NCBI GenBank assembly: GCA_963626345.1
Contig: CAVFXI010000017.1
Span: 14,149-78,148 of the forward strand
Direction of reading: 5' to 3'
DNA length: 64,000 nucleotides
Source of the DNA: Gemmiger formicilis
GTDB lineage: Bacteria; Bacillota_I; Bacilli_A; RFN20; CAG-826
Below are positions 47,554 through 55,665 of this stretch, piece by piece; the stretch's first letter is position 1, and every line of letters begins with the position of its first letter. The position numbers were made by a program, and so were the translations under genes. Under the pieces are notes generated by a model. That model was not told where the DNA came from. It saw nothing but the letters and a program-made list of their open reading frames with translations, and made no database searches.

Positions 47554-47792
47554 TATTTACCCTCCTTAACTTCTAAAGTAACGAGTTCGGCTTCAGTTTT
47601 ACGTAAAGTTAATTCATAACCTCTTAACGTTACTTCAAGAGGATCACCAAGAGGAGCTTTTTTTCTTAATAAGATTTCTGCACCTGGAGTGATACCCATA
47701 TCTAATAATCTTTTTCTAATTTTTCCTTCGCCTTCGATCTTTTTAACAACGCCAGATTCGCCGACTTGGAATACATTGAGTTTCTTTTCCAT
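47553..47792 (-). CDS. feoA: FeoA family protein
   Basis: 79 aa with an SH3-like FeoA pattern (..RLLDMGITPGAEI..). Its stop overlaps the feoB start. Confidence 0.85.
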   Translation of the reverse strand: MEKKLNVFQVGESGVVKKIEGEGKIRKRLLDMGITPGAEILLRKKAPLGDPLEVTLRGYELTLRKTEAELVTLEVKEGK

Positions 47793-47810
47793 AAATTTCC
47801 CTTTCTTTAA

Positions 47811-48023
47811 TTAAGCAACTAAGATTTTGGTTGACATATTTGAGTCAAGAGCCAAACGGCCTTCTTTTACTAAAACAATAGTTGATGCACCTGAATGAGA
47901 TAGGATTGTGATGACTGAATCAATTGTAATACCCAAACTTTCGAGGTGTTTTTTTGTTTTTTCATCCGCTAAAATTTTGACAACTCTTAATGGTTGATTG
48001 AGCGGAGCTAATGCAATTGGCAT
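47811..48023 (-). CDS. FeoA family protein (second copy)
   Basis: 70 aa with (..HLESLGITIDSVITIL..). AGGAGG RBS. Confidence 0.75.
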   Translation of the reverse strand: MPIALAPLNQPLRVVKILADEKTKKHLESLGITIDSVITILSHSGASTIVLVKEGRLALDSNMSTKILVA

Positions 48024-48034
48024 AATTCCTCCTT

Positions 48035-48162
48035 TTAGTTAACCATAACTAACTCATACTTTAAAATTAAAAGGCTTTCGCCATAAAAGTTAGTTATTTC
48101 TAACTCACGTTAATAATATATATAGTCAAGTTATTTATGTCAAGTAAGTTTTAACTAACTCA
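48035..48162. promoter_or_regulatory. three copies of a TTAGTTA/TAACTAA-CTCA operator-like motif in the feoA / dtxR-like divergent intergenic region
   Basis: - Copy 1: TTAGTTA-ACCA-TAACTAA-CTCA at 48035-48056.
- Copy 2: AGTTAGTTATTTCTAACTCA at 48088-48107.
- Copy 3: AGTTTTAACTAACTCA at 48147-48162.
- The 8-mer CTAACTCA occurs three times.
- The first site is a near-palindrome resembling the DtxR/IdeR iron box TTAGGTTAGCCTAACCTAA. Confidence 0.45.
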
Positions 48163-48229
48163 AAATAAAAATCACTTGAAATTATTTCATGTAAGCCTAA
48201 AAATAATTATATAAGAAGCGAGGGCTATT

Positions 48230-49276
48230 ATGGAGATACATAAATCAGCTGAAGATTATTTAGAGAAAATATTAATGATTCAAAGGAAAAATGGGATCGT
48301 TAAATCTATTGATATTGCTAAAGGTCTAGAATTTTCCAAGGCTAGTGTTAGTGTTGCAATGAAAAAACTTAAAGAAAGCAATTATATTGTTATAGATAAA
48401 AATGGTGATATTAAGTTAACTAATAAAGGTTTAGAAGTTGCAACTAAAATTTATGAACGACACGAAGTTTTAGCATCAGTTTTTATGAAACTTGGAGTTG
48501 ATGAAAAAACAGCTTATGAAGATGCTTGTAAAGTAGAACATGATTTAAGTGACGAAACTTTCGAAGCACTTAAAAAATATATTAAAGATCAAAAGGAGAA
48601 AAATGGCATGGACTTAAAAGAATTATCTTTAAAAAGACATAGCATTAGACATTATAAGGATGAAAAAATTCCAGAAGAATTAGTTAAAAAAATCGAAGAA
48701 AAAGTTAAAGAAGTGAATGCTAAGAGCAATCTTGACATTCAAGTAGTCTTGAATGAAAAAGAAGCGATGGCTGGCTTTGAACCAAGACTTACTGGAGCTG
48801 TAAATTATTTGTCGTTTGTGGGCAAAAAAGATGATTTAAAACTTGAAGAAAAAGTTGGATATTATGGCGAGGAATTAGTTTTGTTTTTAACAGGGTTAGG
48901 TTTAGGTACTCTTTGGGTTGCTGGATCTTTACATGCTGATAAAGTTGTTTATAAAGCAAATGATGATGAAACTTTAGTTTTAATTGTAGCTTTTGGTTTT
49001 GCTAGTGATAATGGAAATCCTCACGAAACAAAACCTTTGAATGAGTTATCCAATATAAAAGATAATAGTCCAAAATGGTTTTTAGAAGGAATGGAAGAAG
49101 TAAGTTTGGCTCCAAGTGCAATGCATAGACAAAATTTCTACTTCACATATGTTGATGAAAATAGAGTTGAAGTAAATGCAATTCCAAGTAATCCTCCAAG
49201 ATGGGCAAAAGTTGATAGAGGCATTGCTATTTATCATTTCGAAATTGGAAGCGGTAAAAAAGTTATTGAACTTTAA
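48230..49276 (+). CDS. MntR/DtxR-family metalloregulator fused in frame to a nitroreductase-like domain
   Basis: Residues 1 to about 122 form the HTH plus dimerisation/metal-site helix (..YERHEVLASVFMKLGVDEKTAYEDACKVEHDLSDETFEAL..). From M127 the sequence is nitroreductase-family-like (LSLKRHSIRHYKDEKIP..). An internal AAGGAG (48593-48598) lies 9 nt before the in-frame ATG 48608. Confidence 0.75.
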   Translation: MEIHKSAEDYLEKILMIQRKNGIVKSIDIAKGLEFSKASVSVAMKKLKESNYIVIDKNGDIKLTNKGLEVATKIYERHEVLASVFMKLGVDEKTAYEDACKVEHDLSDETFEALKKYIKDQKEKNGMDLKELSLKRHSIRHYKDEKIPEELVKKIEEKVKEVNAKSNLDIQVVLNEKEAMAGFEPRLTGAVNYLSFVGKKDDLKLEEKVGYYGEELVLFLTGLGLGTLWVAGSLHADKVVYKANDDETLVLIVAFGFASDNGNPHETKPLNELSNIKDNSPKWFLEGMEEVSLAPSAMHRQNFYFTYVDENRVEVNAIPSNPPRWAKVDRGIAIYHFEIGSGKKVIEL

Positions 49277-49401
49277 TTGGCTATTTAATAAATCTACTAA
49301 ATTTAGAAGGATAAAAAAGATTAGGTTCTATCGATATAAATCAAAAAATACTGATTTGAATTATATTGTAGAGAACTTAATTTTTTAATAAAATTAAATA
49401 T

Positions 49402-50232
49402 ATGAATTCGTTAGAAGTTATTTTATGGATATTATCATTATTTTTAGGAGCATTAACTGGACATTTTTTATATGTTAGTAGTGGTTTTAAATTGCTTTGG
49501 ATAGCAATTATCATAATTCCAATTATTTTTATATTGCTTTATGGTTTATGGTTAGTATTCCTTTTTGTTTGGGGCAAATTTTTTAATATGAAAAAGCCTA
49601 TAACAAAATTTTCAAAATTTTATTACCACATTGTTTATGTAACTGATGCAACATTTATGAGAATAATTAATGTGGGTGTAAAACTAAAAAATTACGATAA
49701 AATGCCTGAAAATCATGATTATGTATTGGTTTGTAATCATATTTCAAATTTTGATCAAATGGTTTTAATTTCATGTTTAAAAAAGAAACATCAACCAATG
49801 GCTTGGATTACTAAGCCTGAAAATATGAAATTCCCAATTGCTGGGCCATTTATTCATCATTGTGGTTTTATTCCAATTGATAGGAATAATCCAATTGAAG
49901 GAATGAAATCAATTAAAAAAGGTGTTGAATATTTAAATACGCATCAATGTTCGATGGGAATTTGCCCAGAAGGAACTAGAAATAAAACTGAAAAACCACT
50001 TTTAGAATTTCATCCTGGTTCATTTAAACTTGCGATGTGGGCAAAAGTTCCAATTGTTGTTGTGACTTTAAAAAATACAAAAAGCATTAAGAAAAGGGCT
50101 CCTTTTAAACATACAACTGTTGAAGTAAATGTTGTTGATGTTATTAATCCTAAAGATTATGAAGGAAAAAGCACAACTGAAGTTTCTTTAAGAGTTAGGG
50201 AAGCAATTCTTAATGAATTAGAAAGGAAATAA
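49402..50232 (+). CDS. plsC: 1-acyl-sn-glycerol-3-phosphate acyltransferase
   Basis: N-terminal TM helices, H(X4)D motif CNHISNFD, and a PEGTR motif. Confidence 0.85.
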   Translation: MNSLEVILWILSLFLGALTGHFLYVSSGFKLLWIAIIIIPIIFILLYGLWLVFLFVWGKFFNMKKPITKFSKFYYHIVYVTDATFMRIINVGVKLKNYDKMPENHDYVLVCNHISNFDQMVLISCLKKKHQPMAWITKPENMKFPIAGPFIHHCGFIPIDRNNPIEGMKSIKKGVEYLNTHQCSMGICPEGTRNKTEKPLLEFHPGSFKLAMWAKVPIVVVTLKNTKSIKKRAPFKHTTVEVNVVDVINPKDYEGKSTTEVSLRVREAILNELERK

Positions 50233-50238
50233 GATTAT

Positions 50239-51102
50239 ATGAATTATTTATTTTATAATGAATTAGCCGATAGTGGGAAAAACAAGGATGTAGTCGATAA
50301 GATTCAAGAAGAATTAAAAACCAGTTTAAATGGTGAAGTCGAATCGAAATCCGTAATTAATCTTGATGTTGATAAAGTAATTAAAGGTTTAAAGAAAAAT
50401 GATAAAGTTGTTTTACTTGGTGGAGATGGAACTTTAAATCATTTTGTTAATAGTATTGATTTAGATAAGAAATTACCTTGTAAGTTTTATTTATATCCTT
50501 ATGGAACAGGTAATGATTTTTTAAATGATGTTAAAGAAAAACAAGATTCAGCCACACATCTTGTTGAATTGAATGAATATATTCAAGATCTTCCTGTTAT
50601 TGAAGTTAAAGGTAAAACCTATAGATTCATTAATGGCATTGGTTATGGAGTTGATGGAGAATGCTGCAAAAAAGCTGATGAACTTAAAGCTCAAGGTAAA
50701 ACTGATATTAATTATGGAAAAATTACAGTCGGATTAATTTTTAAGGGATATGTGGCGCCTAATGCTGTTGTTAAAGTTGACGGAAAAGAAGTTGGAAAGT
50801 TTAAAAAAGTTTATATTTCTGCTGCTATGAATGGTAAGTATTATGGTGGTGGAATGAAGGTTGCACCAGACCAAGTTAGAGGTTCTAAACTTATAACTTC
50901 GGTAGTTATTTATGGAACTGGAAAGATTGGTGTTGTAACTATATTCCCAAATTTATTTAAGGGAACCCATGTTAAAGACAAGAAACATTGCTTTGTTGCT
51001 CAAGGAAAAGAAATTGAAGTTTCATTTGATAGACCAACGGCTTTGCAAATTGATGGCGAAGTAGTAAGTGATGTTACAAGTTATAAAGCTTATATTAAAT
51101 AA
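50239..51102 (+). CDS. diacylglycerol/lipid kinase family protein (YegS/BmrU-like)
   Basis: LLGGDGTLNHFVN nucleotide-binding motif. 287 aa. Confidence 0.8.
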   Translation: MNYLFYNELADSGKNKDVVDKIQEELKTSLNGEVESKSVINLDVDKVIKGLKKNDKVVLLGGDGTLNHFVNSIDLDKKLPCKFYLYPYGTGNDFLNDVKEKQDSATHLVELNEYIQDLPVIEVKGKTYRFINGIGYGVDGECCKKADELKAQGKTDINYGKITVGLIFKGYVAPNAVVKVDGKEVGKFKKVYISAAMNGKYYGGGMKVAPDQVRGSKLITSVVIYGTGKIGVVTIFPNLFKGTHVKDKKHCFVAQGKEIEVSFDRPTALQIDGEVVSDVTSYKAYIK

Positions 51103-51106
51103 ATGT

Positions 51107-51139
51107 AAAATCGGTTTAGGTGATTTCTAAACCGATTTT
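51107..51139. terminator. bidirectional terminator between the lipid kinase gene and the DeoR regulator gene
   Basis: AAAATCGGTTTAG-loop-CTAAACCGATTTT. Confidence 0.65.
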
Positions 51140-51900
51140 TAATAGATAATTTTAATATTATTGTCTTTGAAATATTTGATAAATTCATTGTTAGGTTTTT
51201 TATTGGTAATTACTATGTCGATATCTTTTAAAGACGAAGTTTTATTGATTCCTTTTTTATTGAATTTAGAATCATCAACCAGATAAATACACATATCAGA
51301 GTTTTTATTCATTATTTTTTTAGCTTCCGATTGATCAAGGGTTGATTCACTTACGCCAAAATCAATATCTATCCCTGTAGAACTCAATATTGAAAGATCT
51401 GCGTGTAAATTATTCAAGACTGAATTTGTTATGGTTCCTAGCATACTATTTGAATTTGTTTGGATTATTCCACCAGTTAAAATGACTTGATGTTTTGTAT
51501 TGTTTAATATTTCGTTTGCAATTTCAAATCCATTAGTAATAATTGTTAAATTTTTAAAATTATTTAGATAATTAACTATTTGTAAGATTGTTGTAGAACT
51601 ATCTAAAAATAATGACATATTGTCTTTTATAAAAGGTAATGCTTTTTGGCACAAGTTTCTTTTTTCAATGATATTTGTTTCTTCTCTATATTTAAATGGA
51701 GTTTCTTTATTAAAAGTATTCTTTGAAAGATAAACTCCACCAAAAGTTCTAACGACTAAACCCTTATTTTCTAAATTTGTTAAGTCTCTTCTAATGGTTG
51801 ATGTTGAAGCAAATAAAATTTCAGATAATTCATTTACAGAAATACTATTTTGCTTTTTTAAAATTTTAATGATTTGGTCTTCTCTTTCGATGTTATACAT
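51139..51900 (-). CDS. DeoR/GlpR-family transcriptional regulator
   Basis: N-terminal HTH (ISVNELSEILFASTSTIRRDLTNLENKGLVVRTFGG) followed by a DeoR C-terminal sugar-phosphate sensor domain. It is divergent from rhaB. Confidence 0.85.
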   Translation of the reverse strand: MYNIEREDQIIKILKKQNSISVNELSEILFASTSTIRRDLTNLENKGLVVRTFGGVYLSKNTFNKETPFKYREETNIIEKRNLCQKALPFIKDNMSLFLDSSTTILQIVNYLNNFKNLTIITNGFEIANEILNNTKHQVILTGGIIQTNSNSMLGTITNSVLNNLHADLSILSSTGIDIDFGVSESTLDQSEAKKIMNKNSDMCIYLVDDSKFNKKGINKTSSLKDIDIVITNKKPNNEFIKYFKDNNIKIIY

Positions 51901-52006
51901 AATTCTCCTTTGCTCATTTATGCTTAATTGAAGTATAAAATATGCTCATTTATCAATATTCACTCAAATTCTAGCATAATTAAAAATATATTTATATAAT
52001 TTGAAC

Positions 52007-53470
52007 ATGAAAGTTCTTTGTTTAGATATAGGCGCTAGTAGTGGAAGATTTATCGTTGTTGATTATGATAAACATCATTTTTTAACAGATGAAACCTATC
52101 GTTTTTATAATGGCATGGAAAAAGGTGCTAATAATCATTTAATTTGGAATTTTCCAAAACTATTTGACGAGATTAAAAAGGGTTTAAAAATTTCTTTAAC
52201 AAAATATAAAGATATTGCTTCTTTAGGAATTGACACATGGGGAGTTGATTACGGCATTTTAAATAAGGAAGGAAAACTAATTGGTAATCCATATGCTTAT
52301 AGAGATTTTAGATGTGAAAAAGCAATGAGTTCCTTATTAAATCGAGTTGAATACCAAGATATTTATTTAAAGAGTGGCATTCAAAAGTTATCTTTTAATA
52401 CTGTATTTCAATTGCATGATGATAAATTAAATTATAGAGAAATAGATAAAATATTATTAATTCCTGATTTAATCGCTTATTTTTTGACAGGAATCAAATA
52501 TATTGAGTTAACGAATCTATCAACCACATCATTATATAATCCAGTTAAAAAAGAAATTGATGATGAAATTTTAAGTTATATAAATGTTGATAAAAGTATT
52601 TTTCCAAAACTTATCGTTCCAGGCGAAGAAATTGGTTATATAAAAGATGAAATAATAAAAGAATTAGGAGTTTATAAAATTAAGGTTATTGCAACAGCAA
52701 GTCATGATTCTGCAAGTGCAATTGCATCAATTCCATTAAATAGAAAGACTTGTTATATAAGTAGTGGTACTTGGAGTTTATTAGGCGTTGAACTTAACAA
52801 ACCAATAATTAATGAATTAAGTTATAAAAATAATTTCACAAATGAAATAGGGTACAACCATTCGATTAGATTTTTAAAAAACATTATGGGTTTATTCATT
52901 ATTCAAGAATATAGAAAATCTTTAATTGATAGAGGAATCAATATTAGTTTTAAAGAAATGGTTGAACAAGCAAAAGATGTTAAAAATAATGATGTATTCA
53001 TTGATATAAATGATCAAATGTTTAATGAACCATTTGATATGGAAAATAAGTTAAAAAAATATCTCCAATTAACAAAACAAAAAGATAGTCTGAGTATTGG
53101 TGAGATGTGTTTAGCAATTTATGAATCAATGGCTTTTAAATATTTGGAAGAATTTAAAAAGCTTGTAGATATAACAAAGATAAATTATCAAGAAATGTAT
53201 ATTGTTGGGGGTGGCTCGAATGTAGGCTTACTTAATCAACTTACAAGTAATGTTCTAAATATCAATGTTATTGAAGGAGAAAAAGAAGCAACAGTATATG
53301 GAAATGCTTTAATTCAATTTATCTCTTTAAATCAATTTAATGATTTAAATGAGGCAAGATCAATATTGAAAAATGACCATTCATATATGGTATATAAACC
53401 ACAGAATCACGACTATTACATTAAAAAATATCTTAGATACAAGGAAATTGTAGGGAGGAAACAGAAATGA
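52007..53470 (+). CDS. rhaB: rhamnulokinase (FGGY family)
   Basis: N-terminal [11 protein letters not shown] and C-terminal VGGGS motif. Its position is directly upstream of rhaA and rhaD. The start is taken at ATG 52007 rather than TTG 52001. Confidence 0.85.
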   Translation: MKVLCLDIGASSGRFIVVDYDKHHFLTDETYRFYNGMEKGANNHLIWNFPKLFDEIKKGLKISLTKYKDIASLGIDTWGVDYGILNKEGKLIGNPYAYRDFRCEKAMSSLLNRVEYQDIYLKSGIQKLSFNTVFQLHDDKLNYREIDKILLIPDLIAYFLTGIKYIELTNLSTTSLYNPVKKEIDDEILSYINVDKSIFPKLIVPGEEIGYIKDEIIKELGVYKIKVIATASHDSASAIASIPLNRKTCYISSGTWSLLGVELNKPIINELSYKNNFTNEIGYNHSIRFLKNIMGLFIIQEYRKSLIDRGINISFKEMVEQAKDVKNNDVFIDINDQMFNEPFDMENKLKKYLQLTKQKDSLSIGEMCLAIYESMAFKYLEEFKKLVDITKINYQEMYIVGGGSNVGLLNQLTSNVLNINVIEGEKEATVYGNALIQFISLNQFNDLNEARSILKNDHSYMVYKPQNHDYYIKKYLRYKEIVGRKQK

Positions 53471-54720
53471 GAGATTTAAGAAAAGAATATGAATTAGCCA
53501 AGAAAGAGTATTCTAAAATTGGAGTTGATACTGATAAAGCTCTTGAAGAATTATCAAAAATTAGAATTTCAATGCATTGCTGGCAGGGTGATGATGTTAG
53601 AGGATTTTTATTTAATGAAGAATTAAGTGGTGGTATTCAAGCAACTGGAAATTATCCTGGAAGAGCCAGAAGTGTTGATGAATTAAAGCAAGATATAGAG
53701 GAAGTTTTAAAACTTGTTCCTGGGAAATTCAAATTGAATTTGCATGCAATTTATGCAGATACAAAAGAAAAAATTGATTTGGATCAAATTGAACCTAAAC
53801 ATTTTGAGAGTTGGGTTGAATTTGCAAAGAAAAATGATTTGGGATTAGACTTTAATCCAACGTGTTTTTCTCATCCAAAAGCCGGAAGCGGATTTACATT
53901 GTCAAGTAATGATGATGAAATTAGAAACTTTTGGATTGAACATTGCAAGAGAAGTAGAAAAATTGGCGAATATTTCGGCAAAGAATTAGGCATTCCTTGC
54001 GTTACAAATATATGGATTCCTGATGGTATGAAAGATACACCATATGATAGACTTTCTCCAAGAGTTAGACTTGAAAACAGCTTGGATGAAATTTTTAAAG
54101 AAAAAATTGATCCAAAATACAATATTGATTCGGTTGAATCGAAGTTATTTGGAATTGGTGTTGAATCGTATACAGTAGGAAGTAATGAATTTTATTTAGG
54201 TTATGCTGTTAAAAATCAAACTTCTTTAACTTTGGATTCTGGCCATTTTCATCCAACTGAGGTTATAAGTGATAAAGTTAGTAGCGTTTTGCTATATGTT
54301 CCTCATTTATTGCTACATGTATCTCGTCCAGTTAGATGGGATAGCGATCATGTTGTACTTTTTGATGATGAATTAAATGAAATTGCAAGAAGTTTAGTTA
54401 GAAGTGGATTAATTGAAAAGACATCAATTGGTCTTGATTATTTTGATGCATCAATCAATAGAATTGCAGCTTGGGTTGTAGGAATTAGGTCGACTCAAAA
54501 AGCGTTATTAAGAGCTTTGCTTGAGCCAACAGCAAAGTTAAATCAAATTGAAAACAACAAGAATTATACTGAAAGAATGGTTTTAACCGAGGAAATGAAA
54601 ACTATGAATTTCGGTGCGGTATATGACTATTATTGTTTCATAAATAATATTCCAGTCGGTTTAGAATACTTGGATGAAATTAACGAATATGAGAAGAATG
54701 TTCTTTCGAAAAGAGGTTAG
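53467..54720 (+). CDS. rhaA: L-rhamnose isomerase
   Basis: 417 aa with N-terminal (..[13 protein letters not shown]). ATGA overlap with the rhaB stop. Confidence 0.9.
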   Translation: MRDLRKEYELAKKEYSKIGVDTDKALEELSKIRISMHCWQGDDVRGFLFNEELSGGIQATGNYPGRARSVDELKQDIEEVLKLVPGKFKLNLHAIYADTKEKIDLDQIEPKHFESWVEFAKKNDLGLDFNPTCFSHPKAGSGFTLSSNDDEIRNFWIEHCKRSRKIGEYFGKELGIPCVTNIWIPDGMKDTPYDRLSPRVRLENSLDEIFKEKIDPKYNIDSVESKLFGIGVESYTVGSNEFYLGYAVKNQTSLTLDSGHFHPTEVISDKVSSVLLYVPHLLLHVSRPVRWDSDHVVLFDDELNEIARSLVRSGLIEKTSIGLDYFDASINRIAAWVVGIRSTQKALLRALLEPTAKLNQIENNKNYTERMVLTEEMKTMNFGAVYDYYCFINNIPVGLEYLDEINEYEKNVLSKRG

Positions 54721-54726
54721 AATAAT

Positions 54727-55557
54727 ATGAAAGTATTAGAAGCAGAATTTGTTAAAGAATTTATTAAACTTTGTGATAATGGCTATAAAAAAGGATGGCA
54801 TGAAAGAAATGGTGGGAACCTTTCTTATAGAATTAAAGATAATGAAGTTGAATTAATTAAAGAAGATCTAATCGATACAAATTCATACATGGATATCGGG
54901 ACTACTGTTAGCGATTTGAAAAATGAATATTTTTTAGTTACTGGTAGTGGTCGTTACATGATGAATGTAAAGGAAGATCCAGAAAACAATATTTGCATCA
55001 TTAAATTAGATGAGACTGGATCTAAGTTTAAGATTGTTTGGGGTTTGAAAAAGGGTGGAAGACCAACAAGTGAACTCCCTTCACATTTGATGAATTTGGA
55101 AGTAGTAAAAAGAAGAACGAATGGAAATTTTAGAATCGTTTATCATTGTCATGCAACTAACGTTATAGCTTTGACTTTTGTTTTGCCTTTAGAAGACAAA
55201 ATATTTACTAGAGAATTATGGGAAATGGCAACCGAATGTCCAGTTGTTTTTCCTGAAGGTGTTGGCGTAGTTAAATGGATGGTTCCAGGTGGTAAAGATA
55301 TTGCAATTGAAACTTCAAAATTGATGGAAAAATACAACGTTGCAATTTGGGCTCATCATGGAATTTTCGTTACTGGTCCTGATTTTGATACAACTTTTGG
55401 ATTGGCTGATACTGTTGAAAAGAGTGCTGAAATTTTAGTTAAAGTTATTTCAATGAATGGTGGAGTTAAAAAAAGACAAACAATTACAACCCAAAATTTT
55501 GTTGATTTAGCTAAAGACTTTCACGTTACTTTAAATAAAGACGCATTAGATATTTAG
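54727..55557 (+). CDS. rhaD: rhamnulose-1-phosphate aldolase (class II aldolase family)
   Basis: 276 aa with GWHERNGGNLS and the Zn-His pattern (HCHATN.., AHHG). Confidence 0.85.
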   Translation: MKVLEAEFVKEFIKLCDNGYKKGWHERNGGNLSYRIKDNEVELIKEDLIDTNSYMDIGTTVSDLKNEYFLVTGSGRYMMNVKEDPENNICIIKLDETGSKFKIVWGLKKGGRPTSELPSHLMNLEVVKRRTNGNFRIVYHCHATNVIALTFVLPLEDKIFTRELWEMATECPVVFPEGVGVVKWMVPGGKDIAIETSKLMEKYNVAIWAHHGIFVTGPDFDTTFGLADTVEKSAEILVKVISMNGGVKKRQTITTQNFVDLAKDFHVTLNKDALDI

Positions 55558-55665
55558 TGCGATTATTTCATTATTATTAACTTTTTGGTGCTTTTATTGA
55601 TATAATTATAAAAATAAAACTATGTTTTATTTTGTTTTATTGATGAAATTTTATAGGAGTAGGTA

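Noticed and set aside
49176-49388. 70-aa ORF spanning the end of the DtxR-fusion gene and the intergenic region before plsC.
   Set aside because: It overlaps the 3' end of a well-supported gene in another frame, has no RBS, and has a basic low-complexity sequence.
55590-55650. AT-only hairpin AAAATAAAAC-TAT-GTTTTATTTT and the repeated TTTTATTGAT upstream of the rhamnosidase gene, considered as a regulatory element.
   Set aside because: It is composed purely of A/T in an AT-rich intergenic region, so such pairings arise by chance. I see no conserved motif or clear relation to the DeoR regulator.
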